A DNA stretch of 64,000 bases. It comes from Phoronis australis. Lineage: Eukaryota > Animalia > Phoronida. The position numbers and the translations under genes are program-made. A model generated the notes under the pieces. The model saw only the letters and a program-made list of their open reading frames with translations, was not told the DNA's origin and made no database searches. Location of the stretch: assembly GCA_002633005.1 (NCBI GenBank), contig NMRA01000659.1:1-64000 (forward strand), read 5' to 3'. Each line of letters starts with the position of its first letter. Position 1 is the stretch's first letter. Shown here one piece after another: positions 23,304 to 36,100 of the stretch.

Positions 23304-26283
23304 ATTTATCACATGAATGCAACATCAAAAAATGTCACAGTCTAGACTGTGAAATAATTTGAGCCAAGACATTATGTTACGACTCACACTTTTTCTGCTT
23401 TCCATTACAGAATCAAGAGCTAAAGTTGTTCTCACTCACTCAGATTGCTTTTTAAGTGACTTAATTAAGTACAATAGACGAGACAAGTGTCAAGATAAAA
23501 CCAAAACGGAGTAGGGGACTCACGGCCTACCGTAAGCGCTAGCAGTTTACTACATTGGTACTGGTGCTAAACCCCACTAAGCAAGTAGCAGAGTATTTTA
23601 AGTCTGCTTAAATGATTGAAGCCAACAGCAAGAATTTGTGGTTAATAACAGAAACACAAAAACAAAAAACAAATTTTGTAGTTTTACAGCACTGATCAAA
23701 GCTAAAAACTTCAAGAAGTCTTCTCCCATTCAACAATAATTTCAAAAAACGAGTTTTCAGTTCTGGTTGTAAAACCAAGTGTATCCCTTTAACCTGCACC
23801 TACATCCTTTTTTCATATAAACTTTTATTTCTATTTCTACAACAATTGGCCATCCTCTGACAAGTTCCAGTAGAAAGGAAATTTTAGTGTGCTTTTTAAG
23901 CTCTGTAAAGTATATTTTTGAAGTGTGCAGAAGCATAGATTTCTGAACTGTGTAAAAGAATAATTATGCTTTTGAATTGTCAAAAGTATTTAAGTTTTTG
24001 AACTATGAACAAGTAGAAGTTTTTGAACTGTAAAAGTAGACAGAGGATTTTGAAGTGGCAAAGATTTTAGAACTGACTTATAGTATAGAAAGTAGCTGGT
24101 TATGCTTAAACTTACACAAAGCGCAAATTCATGATGCCTTGGTTTCATGACGAGTTCATTCCACAAATGTATATGACTTTCCAAAATGAAATTGCTTTTG
24201 GAATGCAAACACATATTTTAGACTGAAACAATGCATTTAGTCATAGATTCTAAGCTACATAAGGTAAAGAGTGACTCGTGGCAAGATAATTCTAACTTCA
24301 AATGTTATCTTGAGGTGTTATCTGGACTAGGAGTGTTTACCTGGAGACCAGTTATCAGTAACAGACAGTAAAAAAGTAAACATTAAGTGTTGTGGATAAT
24401 CAAGCTGTGAATGATTTGTATGTTTTTTAAGTTTTAATATCCACAGTAACAGTACTCATGTTAAATCACTTCTGTCAGTACTATGACAAAGCAAACAATA
24501 GAAAAATGTTAAGGAAGTAAGCAAGACTTTCAAAAACTCATTTTTCCTCATTTCATAAAAGACTAAAGTGAAACTAACTTTTATGCAAACAAAATTTAAC
24601 AAACAGTTTTCTATGATGTAAAACGTCTTGAACAATCAATATTTAAAAAAGAATTTCTAAGTCTAATCAGTGAATTTCTGGGAACAGTCAGAAGTTCACT
24701 GATAAGCGCACACTCAAACTTTTGAAAATTGATATTAACATGGCATACATGTGTCTAGAATTGAAATATACCAACAGGTTATGAAAGATTTTATCAAATG
24801 GTAGAGAATGTTCATTTGTTGTCTAAATTAACAAAGGAAAGAGACAGGACTTCAAACTAACATATCAACTACTTATTATCCTAGTACTGGGGCCCATAAA
24901 ACACAATGGTATATAAACATTGACTTAAATGTATATAAATATACCAATTTCAGATAAAAGTAATAATCAAAAACAGCACTTTCATCATTTTTAAGGAGTT
25001 CAAATAATGTTTTGAATGATCACAAATTTTCAAAATATTGTCTGATGGTAGCAAAGGTACAGAACTATAGAATATAGCAAAGTATAATTTTGGCACTATG
25101 GCAAAAATTGAAAATAAAATTCAACATGTCCAACATATTGTGTTCTAAATTGATAAGAATTTACCTTGCATAGTTGTTTAGGGTAGGAAATGTCTGACTG
25201 AAATATTCAGTACATGACCTAAAACTTATTCATAGACTTTTTAGAACAATTCCCCCACCCCGCATGCTTTAAGTTCATATTGAGCTAACAACTGAGCGGA
25301 AAATTATACAAAGTTAAATTAACCATGTTTGGAAATTTATAACTCAGTAAACACCAAAACAATTTGTTTTGATAAAATCTCAAAGTTTTCGACAAAAATA
25401 ATTGACAAAATATGTCATTTTCGTTTCAATTTTAAAAGCTTTTTGTTGTGAATGCGGAGCACAATTAAGGACTGTTAAATAAATCTTAAAAAGATGTTAG
25501 TAGGTCTTTGTAACCATTTTTATTTTAATATCAGAGAAAATGAAAACATTTTTACATCATATTTGTCTGCCAGTGTTCTAAAATTTCAGTGAAATTAAAA
25601 ATTCAAATTTCAAGCAGTGGTGAATAAAAGCTAAGTTTTTCAGTCACTTCAGTCAGATCATATTCAATATAGTCTATAAAGGTACAGCTCAAATACAGTG
25701 GTCCATCAGTGACTTTAATAACCAGTTTCCACTCAGTCAGGGGTTCCTTATTCAATGATTGCCTTGTTTTTAAAATCAGGGGACACAAATTTCTTCAAGT
25801 TGCCAGTTAGTAATTTACAGACGTGTACACAGACTGAGGTAATTTCTTCTGTTTGACTTTCCTGTTCAAATTCACGATGATAGTTTAAAAAAAACAGAAT
25901 AAACTCATAGAAGAGTATAAATGGAAAATAATAAGTGCTAAGTAGGCCTATAGAGTATAGTACAATGTTTGTCCACAGCGACTCCTCAATCTTTAATTTA
26001 AGATCAAGTCTGTTCGAAAATTTAATGACAACTTCAATCATTCTACCGCTTGAATTTGGATCTATCACAACTGACAACAACAACACCGCCTAGGTTACTT
26101 TGTCCTCCTCCCTTGAGGCCAGTTAAGAAGTCTCACATTCCCGAGCCACATGTTGTGAGAGCTCATCTTAACTTCAGATCTGGATTGGAACTTACTTATT
26201 CCCAATCGAGATTGATATGAAGTCAAGGTGCCCGCTCAATCACATCTGGAGCGTTTGTTTCAAGAGAACAACTTAATACTCAC

Positions 26284-26400
26284 CTTTTATTATTCAGTAA
26301 AGCACTGATTTATACCGCACGTTGTTATTGACTGGGTGCTGTATCGATCTGTGAGAAACGACTTACGCTTTGACTTAGTAGCTTAGTTGGGACTACCCGA
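26284..26400 (-). other. Probable non-coding 5' exon region of gene A
   Basis: Strong minus-strand donor AAG|gtgagt at 26283 (another gtaagt at 26366) next to the promoter; start site unknown. Confidence 0.5.
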
Positions 26401-26933
26401 TAGGCCTGCAGACTTTCCCCTAACGTGACGTCATAGTTGTAGTAACCCCGTGTCACGAAAATATGGAATTGCAGTGAAGAAAATAAATGTTGCAAATATT
26501 CTCAATAAGATTTATTTAAGAGACTTAGCCACTTTTCGAACTAAATTTATTTGTTTTTTCCAATTCAAGGTGATAAAACATTCTTCTGCAAGGAAACAAT
26601 GTCAATTGTGTGATGCTGGTGCTGCTCTCTAGTGATCAATTCTGATGCTAGGTTTGTCTCCCCTGTAGTGAACTGTCAAACTTATCTCCACGCAATCAAG
26701 ACTTCTTATTTGTATCACGTGTAGCAAGAATTGTCCAATCAAATTTTGGCGTCATTTTCAGGTCAAAACTTCGGCTTCGAAGACGGCTTCCTGGCAAAAA
26801 TTTTAAATGTTTTGGTTGTTTTCATCACATGTGTTCAGGAATTTGAACGCGAAAACTTGAGAAAACATGGGTTCTTAAGCTGAATTTTGCTTAGGTATGC
26901 TTTGAAAGTCTCCGCAGGTAGATTTACTGAAAA
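26400..26933. promoter_or_regulatory. Putative bidirectional promoter
   Basis: Between divergent genes; CRE TGACGTCA 26426-26433, CACGTG 26716-26721, CCAAT 26735-26739, E2F-like TTTTGGCG ~26743, TTTGAA-CGCGAAAA 26842-26855. Confidence 0.6.
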
Positions 26934-27134
26934 ATGGCTCAAAATACAGGCACCTTAAACTCCTTAAAGACACCGATGGATTCTGTCGGTGCCAATGCCA
27001 ATGGCAATGCAAGTGGAGAACCTCAGCCATCGGGAGATATGCTTCACCTTCTTGAAGAGTTCAAGCGACTTTATGAGAGTCGCCTCCGGCGGCTTGATGA
27101 GGCACATGTTGAAAATGAGGAAGAAAGGTTGTTA
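26934..27134 (+). CDS. Gene B exon 1 (MAQNTG...LLEEFKRLYESRLRRLDEAHVENEEERLL)
   Basis: aaaATGG start, gtaagt donor, phase 0. Confidence 0.88.
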
Positions 27135-30100
27135 GTAAGTAAATTTTGGTTTGGACTCTTTAATTCTCATCGAGATAGTTGACGTTGTGTTCTGGGACGT
27201 CTTCGGCCTAGTTCGGGCGGTTCGTCGGCTAGCTTTACAGCGTTTGCAACTTGGCTGGGCTGTGGAGGACTGGGTTACCAGGGACTGAACGTCAGAACAC
27301 AGCTGGTGAATGTTTTGGGTGATATAAGCGAATCTCAGTTTTTCAGTTTGCCACAACTTTATTTGCGGTCCTCTCGCAACGAAATCTGGTGCAAAAGTGT
27401 AGCGCGTCCAACCATTAGTTGTTACCAGTACCTACCTTGTTGACGTCTTTGTCCATTACTGATTACAGTTGTTCAAAAGAAAAAATACAGAGCTAGACAC
27501 TTAAGCATATAATGTCAACTCGCCAAATGTGGCTGCGAAGTTTTTAGTTTGGCAAATGCGAACTGAGATTGTCAAACCTGCAATTAAGAGCCAAAGTTGA
27601 AATAAATGAGATATACCTGAAGACTTGAAGTGAAAAATCGGCAAACTGGGCAAGTTTGGAAATGGCTGCTAGTGCACCCGAGTCCCCCACACAGGTATTT
27701 TTGCTCAAACGGGAAATTTTGAGTGTTGCATGTTCTCTGTGACAACTAATTTCCCTATCTTTGGCCCAATTAAGTTTACGCAAGATTGTCTCCTAGGGCC
27801 GGAGAGTGCGATCGGAACCTTCCAATTTTTTGCCCAACAATTTTAACGTTCGTCTGTTCACTTTCTATAATCTTTAGCATGCATGCTGTGATGTAGTGTG
27901 ACAACCTGGGATTCTTACAAGATAGCCAAACAAAATTTGAGGTCCATTAGCGACCTGCGGATTGCCAAATCAACCTTTGCAGTTGCAACCTGGTTAAAAC
28001 ATCATTTCATTATATCGTTCTTCTACTTGTGTAGCAAAGAAGAGTCGGATATCGATTGTGCTCGTGACGCGCGCACATGCTATTTACTATATTTTTGGTT
28101 TAAAGCACAGGTACTCTTATCACCTACTTGACATGATAATGTAATATTGCATTACAAGTGCAATCAATATGACCGCCCTGTAGGTGCTTCCGGAACAACT
28201 AAAATGTTGCAGTCTGGGAGTAATGCACTTTATACATTTTATCTGCAGCTTTGTCACGTTCGCCAGTTATTTGTTCATAATGACACCAATAAACATCATC
28301 TGTACAATTTTTCCTAATTCAACTGTAAACATTCATTACTTATTATCAATGTCAACATATGTGCATGCATGTTATGTAACTCACAACCTCAAATTTCGAC
28401 ATTGTCCAGTTTAGTTTGAAAACTAATTGAAACAGTCATCAGGAGGGAGGGACTCCTTCTGAATAAAATTAAGCTGTAAAAAACTGAAGTTAGTGATGTG
28501 GAGGGTGTTCTTGTTCTTTCCATATTTATGTTTTTCTAAGGAAATCTCAAATAAATAAGCAGTTGGCAGTTGATACAAGTGTGATAACTTAATGGCAAAC
28601 AGTGAGGATGACATATTAATAATCCTTGTAACAAATTCTGTATAACAAGAACAACTGCCATGTTGCGGTGAGAAGAAAGAACGACTTCCCTGGTTGAGAC
28701 AGCTCCTGGCAATTTATCTCCACCCGGTCCAAAATCTCCTGTACTTAGATACCCTGGTCAAAACACTGTGAACAATTCGATCTCTGGATTCGTTCTCCTA
28801 TCGGTTAAAATCCGCAGCGGTAACCGACAATGAGAAAAGAAACGCCCTATCACAGTCAGTGCTGTCAATTGTGCTGACTGTTATGTAACTGGTGTGCATT
28901 CTATCGTCTTAGTGAGCTGGTCCCCTATGACCAAAATGTGCTCCTTCCCTCGAGGAGTCTGATCAAAGAAGTCCAAGTGAACCTGTTCTGTAGGCAAAAG
29001 ATGTCTGATAACTTTCTAGCAGCTTTCTCGGAAACATGGGTTTGAACTCAAATCATCTATCACAAAAGCTTATACAACAACAGTTAACACACTGCTTAAT
29101 TTTCCAACTCATCCTAGGCCAACTCAACCAGCTACTAGTACCCAGATAATGCATAGGATGCAGTCTTATGACCAATGTCATACAATGTCAATGTTTTTAA
29201 AGGCATCTTTACTGATCCAAACCTGTTAGTGACGTCTAAAGCTTAAGGTAGTCAAAACCACAAGGTATCTGCCATTTTCTATACTTTCAAGATGTGTGAT
29301 TATTTTAGTAGTAACTGTACATCTAAACTCACTGTTAAATATAAGCATTGTTCTCTTCAGATGAGAATCAGAATCATGCAGTCGTACATAGAAGACATGA
29401 GTGATCAAAATGAAGTTCTTGTGCAGACCGTGGAGGAGCTTGAAAGAGAGGCTAACAACAGGGTTGACATGCTTGAGAAGAAACTGCAGCGAACGTCATC
29501 TTCAACACAGGTAGGAATTATTTGTGATTTTGAATTGACGCGCGCCACACCAACTTGTCAAGTCTGTCATTTTTGCGTCTAGGTAATTAACTGCGTCTGT
29601 GACTGTGAACAGGAATTATGCATGATCAGACTGCTGTAGCAGACTTATCAGACTGCTGTAGCAGACTTATCAAACTGCTGTAGCAGACTTATCAGACTGC
29701 TGTAGCAGACTTATCAGGCTGCTGTAGCAGACTTATCAGACTGCTGTAGCAGACTTATCAGACTGCTGTAGCAGACTTATCAGACTGCTGTAGCAGACTT
29801 ATCAGACTGCTGTAGCAGACTTATCAGACTGCTGTAGCAGACTTATCATGCATAATGAGTTGTCAAAAGGCGGATTTGCTGTACTGGAAGTTTTTGCAGA
29901 CAAACCCATCCGCTGACGTCATTTAAACAGTTTCCCACAATATCCCCAGGGTGTGAATAAAAACATAGCAAATTGAACTTAAAAACTTCTCCCAATTTTA
30001 TGGAAAATAGACTCAAAAACCTTAACCTTTCCAATAGCAACTAATGTTGTCAAAGTGACTATAAACCTGCAGTCCAAGATGTGAGCTTTTGATTTACACC

Positions 30101-33100
30101 ACTAGGTGCCGCTGTAAAATTTGTCTCGCTTTGTTCCTCACTCAGATGAGAAGTGATTTCTGGGTTTGCAAAGTTAATTTTTGAAACCCTGCTCAATGCA
30201 TGAAATGACACTCACTCTATCAAGCCAATTTGTAGAGCATGATATCGAGTAATTCAACAAAGTGTCAGTTCTTTTGATGGACTGAAATCACCTCTGATTT
30301 GACTGCTGAACAATTTGAGACTAGTTTCATAATGTTCCATTTTTTGTAATGTAAGGTGGGTTCACAACTGCTTTTTCATTTTGGTCATTCACAACTGATT
30401 GACAGTAAACACTAGAAATATAATGGTTTAGCCTTATATCAGAAGAAACGGTTTGTCTTTATATTTGAGGTCATTGCAGTTTTGAATGTTCCCATGACCT
30501 TATAAACCGGATTTTATGGTATGTGATCAAACATTTTCTACCGTCATCAAGAGGACAGTATAAGTGGATTGTATCTAGATAACCAGCTCTTGAGACAAAA
30601 AAAGTCTTCTAATGGATGCAAAAATTGAAAAAAATACTGCTTTTAAGAAGTTTCAGATGGTTTTTTAATGCAAGGAACAGTTGAACACGGCAGCTGTCTC
30701 ATTTCAAATTGAACAGAGTTGATGGCATGCTAATTTATAGAATTTGATGGTATATTATTGATCACAAGTCCCAGGAATAAGCATTGTCTATTACATTGCC
30801 TTTGCTAAATATTCCTTCGTGTATATTCAGGTTTACTTTTGATCCCGAAAAGGCCATTTTGTGAATACATGCCACAGGCCTGTCTGTGGAGAACTGTGGA
30901 AGCTAGAGCTTGGTGTTGGTTTAAGTGGAAATGACTGTCATTGAATTATTTATGCTAATGTGGTCAAGGCACTGGCCCTTGATGGAAATGTGTAATGTAC
31001 GCAGCTATGTATCCAACCCCGGCCCCCCGGCACGTATACAATATTCCCAGCTTTTCATCCACAACTCCACATATTTCTGATGCTCTTCACCCTTCTCTCT
31101 ATTTCAACGTTATGATATTTTCAAAAACAAACCATCTCCATAATTTCAAAATCTGTAAATCGAGAAAGGTGCGTCGTGTTTTCTCATGAGACGAGCGTGC
31201 AGTTAAAATCTCCGGAGAGTTGACAGTAATGTGGTGAACGGAAATCTAAGACACCAAATATACAATAGGGTAAACACAACTATCTGACAAAATCTGTGTG
31301 AAATTTGGCAAGATACTCGTGAGCAAACTATGCAGAGTCTGGATGTGTTTCAATACTGTCAGTATCACAAATTTCTATTTGTGGGGCTTCTGTTGAAGCC
31401 ATTTATTGCTGGTAGTTTCCGAATCTGAAAACAAAGATGTAGTTTTGGGCACCATATGACTTTCAGCAAAAATCAATATTCAAGTTGTTAAACAGGCAAC
31501 AAAAGTGAAGATTTCACAATAGGCAGAGATAGTAAAAATGAGTGAAAAATTATTGTGGCCTTAACTTGACTATTTGAGTTTTGGATAAAAAATATGAAGT
31601 TCTATAAGGTCGTTTTAAGCCCTTTGCCTATCACATCCAAAAATCCTGGAATTTCCTGTAAGGATGTTGTAAGTTAATCCGATATAAAATAAGGTTCTTT
31701 GCGTTGATTGATTTCCTGCCCTGAATAAAGCCACGGCAACACATTGGTTACAGTGCTTTTATTTACCTACAGTACACGCCAAAAATAATCAAATAAAATA
31801 ACCTGGATTTCCCCGTCACGATGGCTGAGTTTGCCATCAGAATATCTAAAATTACCTGCCATGACTTGAAGATATAATTTTAGTTGCGCACTCCACGTCA
31901 TTGGTGCAAAAATAATTTTAGTGACATATTGTGATTGTTTAGCTTGGGCCTCTGACCCATTAAAAACTGGAACCGAGAAAAAACAAAAAACAACTAACAC
32001 GGCCTATAGGTCTTCTAAATTGGCCCGTGTCGGTCAGTTGAAGCCGTGTCGTTCAGTTCATCCATACCCATGTTTTTCTAAAATCATTCCTGGACAGGTC
32101 ATTACCGTTCATGATGGTAACATGGTATTTCATCTGATTGATTTTGACACACACTGTACATGTTTAGTTCACCTGACGCTATGTGAATTTGATTACATGT
32201 GACACGTCCTCTTGACTCAGAGCAATAATTTATTGGGTAGCCAGATAATGGAAATCTTTGATGATAAATTAGCTGGGATTCAAATGATCCGATGTTGTCA
32301 AATTGTTTGTTCTTGGCGATAATCCAATTATAAGTAAACACAGCCCTTAGTGATAGCGGGAAATTTGAATCCAGTACGAAGACTTTGTTAACCGCTGATT
32401 TTCTTTATGTGCGTACGTTAGTGTTGAAGGAATTTTTGTCTGAGACAGAAGGCCGCATGACTGACTTTTAATATGTTGTGACACATGTGTTTTGCAATCA
32501 GCATTTTTTATGTTGATTTAATAGGACTGTGTTGTTGAATTGGTTGGTGTATGTAATTACCATCATGAGTAGAAGGGGATCTCTTTCAACACCTAAAAAG
32601 GTGACTTGGAAGGAGCCTATTGTTCAAAAGGTAACTACAGACAAAATCTAAGTCTTGTTCCTATTTAAGTGCTTTTAGGTTGTAAACCATTTCCTGTCAT
32701 CTTGTTAGGCCTGTGTGCTGTTTAGTTGGTTTGTTAGAAAATTAGAAGACACACTTGGAAATTAGACTTGGTCATTGTTGTTGCTAAGTTTTAAAATGTC
32801 AGTTGACTTGGATGAAATTGGAACTTAATATCATCTGCGCTTGATTTTGTGTATAGATATGCTATCATCAGTTTTAAGTTTTTCAATTTTTATTTGTCAG
32901 CTTGAAGTCAACGTAGATATAAGTTATAAGTAAAGCAATAATTCTGTATAATTTGATGTGTCAAGTGGCGAGTTGCGAGTGGTTCAAGGTTGTTTCACAT
33001 AATTTTGACAATGGGAAGTTGACTAGTAAGTAACTAGGCTTGCAATTGATGAAACTAGAACTTGTCGACAGAAGAAGATTCGTGCTAAAGAACTTACAGA

Positions 33101-36100
33101 TATTGCATATTATTTTCCATTGTATCGTTGGAATATTAGGCAGGTTATTCTCTCCCAAATTATGTACCTAGGGGTTGTGTCTCCATGCAGTCAGACCAGT
33201 GGAATACCTTAGCAGGAAATTATATTCCTGATACAATACTAAGTGACGAAAACCTCTAGTCAAGACAATAGTTTCTCTACCCCTTGCTCGTCACTTCTTT
33301 TGTTGATGCACCTGAGGGGATGCTGCAAAACTGCCAGCACTAAAGCCTCCCAGCCGCTAAGTATGCATCCAGGGTGACACCTGAAGGTGGAAATGTCCAC
33401 ATCCCTATTAATCCATCTATTGGGAGAACTCCAAAGGTTTGAGGCGTTCCGTTTTTAAAAGGTAGTACGACTTGTATATTTAGTGATAATCTGATTGACA
33501 GTACTGGTCTGTAGGACCTCTCCAACTTCACAATTGACTATCTTTAATAACTGCAGCTTGTGTGATGAGAAACGTAGAGTTTAGGATACAGCTGTTGGTT
33601 GTCTGTCTTCATAGTCAATGTTCTTATTTAGGAGTACATGAACCAAGCCCGCAGCTTTGAGCAGGAAGCGAGGCGATTGGCCATTGACAAAGAAAAGGCA
33701 GAGAGAGATTTACAGGTACAGCTTGCTATCTTAATAAGTGTCAGTAGAAACAGATCTTTGTTATATGAGTTGAGCTAAATCATTGTTAGACGGAAAATAG
33801 TAGATATGGTTATCTCAAAAGTTAACGAACTTCTGTCCCAATAGTCAAATAATATTACTCCATCTAGTGTTTACAGACTAGACCAGTGATTTCAGCTGAA
33901 TCATTTCTATGTAATCCTTCTTCCTGTGGCTGATGGCCATGTTACGGCCTGTCATTTCAACTGTATTCGGAATTACACGATGAAAGCTGTGGCCGATGGT
34001 GGGCTCATTGGGTTTCAAGATGCCCTGATTTGTATGCTGCGGTGCATTTCAGAATACGGATGAAAAAGCTGCAAGACTTGAACTGCAGAATAGTACTTTG
34101 CGCCAGGAGAATGCGGATGTTCGCAATGACCTAAATCTCCTCATCAACGTGATTGCTGGAGCACGCACGACTGGGCGGTGGAACATTGAAGATCTCACTT
34201 TCAGGGACATCACCTTTGAACAGGTGTTTGGCATGGAGGAGGAAATTGCTAAAACGTACGTAACACACGAGATCGTGTTGATGAGAATAAATTGTTGTGA
34301 TCGTTTCTTTCGTTCTTGGCTTAATGCAATAACAGAAATAATGTGGACTCTTCTTGCATGGGAACTATATACCCAGGGTTGATGTTTATCGATTGACACA
34401 AGCTACGTAGCGGTAAAAATTCTCCAATTTGGGACGGGGCCTAAAACTTGGGTTACGGAAATTGAAGCAGAAATTTTCTTGATTCTCAAGATTAAGACAT
34501 GGTCCACTTTGGTATTCATCATATTTCTCAAATTTTAGACACTGCATTGTTTTATGTATCCACAGAGTCTGAAGAGAGGCTTGACAGTTCATCAAATCTT
34601 CAAAATAGCTGCCAAGTGCAACATTTTCATGCATTCTCATGGTGTGCAACATGGAGGTTAATGATAGTTTTTTAAGATCGTAAAGCTTGAATTTGGGACA
34701 GTCAATGTTGCCTATTTCTAAAGTTTGGTACAAGTTCTGACCTTGTGCCAAAGTAATTAATTTTTCACTGTCCCAAACTGGAGAATTTTTACTGTAATTT
34801 CTTGCGTGTAATGGTGCATATTCAATAAGCTGTTTTCAGTCTTTGTTGTTACTAAATTTGTTTGTTGCCCATTGTACAGAAGAAGCTCTGAGGAGATTTT
34901 GGAAGAGCATGTTGCTGAGTTGAAGAAAGAGCTAGATCGCCGGATGGAACTTGTAGAGCGCCTGCAGAGGGAGCTAGCTGAGGCCAAAAACCAGCAGGTG
35001 TCCTCCATGGACCAGGTAGGTATCACTGCGCCAACCATAACAGGTTCAAATCACCATCTTGGTATTTGCACTTCAGACATACGTTCTGTCAGTTTGTGAA
35101 GATGAAGAAGGATCTTGATTTCAATAACCATCAAGCCAGGTACTTATTTACTTTTGATAAAATGTTTGGCTTTGGTTTGCTGTCATGTTTTGTGAACAAC
35201 ATTTTAAAGTTTTAATTTGGCATTGGCCTCACGGAATGCATATACGTCCGTTCTCATTTCTGTCATTGATTTTGTCGTCGCCACCACTCTGACACGTCAA
35301 CTCTTCCTAACCACCACCGTTTCTCTTTGTGCAGATTGCCATTCGCGATGAGGTGCTGAGCACTGTTAGCTCAGAACTGAGCTCCACACATCAGCGACAG
35401 TTGAGTGCCACCAATGAACTGCAGGACAGAGACCTGGCCGTGATGAAGCTCAAGTCAAACCTGCGAAGCCAGCAACAAGTCACTACTGATCTCAAACTGC
35501 AGGTGAGGAGACAGAGCATCGGTATAGGGTAGGGGTGTGGCAAGAGAATTTGATGGGCAGCCGAAACAAAGGTCATGGTCATGTCTAAATGCTCTGCTAG
35601 GCAGCTGAATGCAAAGAGTAGACGGAGGTGGAGTTAGAGTGTTTGACAAGCAACTGAAGGCAATTGGTGGAGGTTTAATATAGACTTTAACTGTTAGATG
35701 AAGAGAAAAGGTAGGGGCGTGGGTAGATGGTTTGACAGGCAGCTGAAGGAAAAGTAGACTGAGTTAGAGGGTTTGGCAGCTCCTGAAGGCAGAAGGTCGG
35801 GGTGAGGCTAGATGCTTTGATTGGCAGCTGAAGGTAACGAGTGGACTGAGACATGGCTAGATGCTTTAACAGGCAGCTGAAGGCAAACTAAGAGAAGGGG
35901 TGTGGTTAGAGATTTTGACTGGCAGCCAGAGCCAGTGATGCCCATCTACATGTACACTGTCTCAGAAGTTAAAAAGTCTGGGCATGAACATTGAGCAGAT
36001 CCAGTAACAATAACATTGATTCTATAGTTTTCTAGGACAGACAGTGACAGAAACTGTTGATGCACTGATTAATCATAAATGAAATAGTTGGATCAGCGGG

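Noticed and set aside
28630-29000. GC-richer stretch suggesting a decayed exon or retroelement
   Set aside because: No long open frame, no recognisable protein motif, no phase-compatible splice pair found.
29625-29848. CRISPR-like appearance, and a 12-nt match (cttatcagactg) to vertebrate miR-21 with a 22-nt period
   Set aside because: No unique spacers or cas genes and the context is a eukaryotic intron; the miR-21 match lacks the intact seed and a precursor hairpin, so it is probably coincidence.
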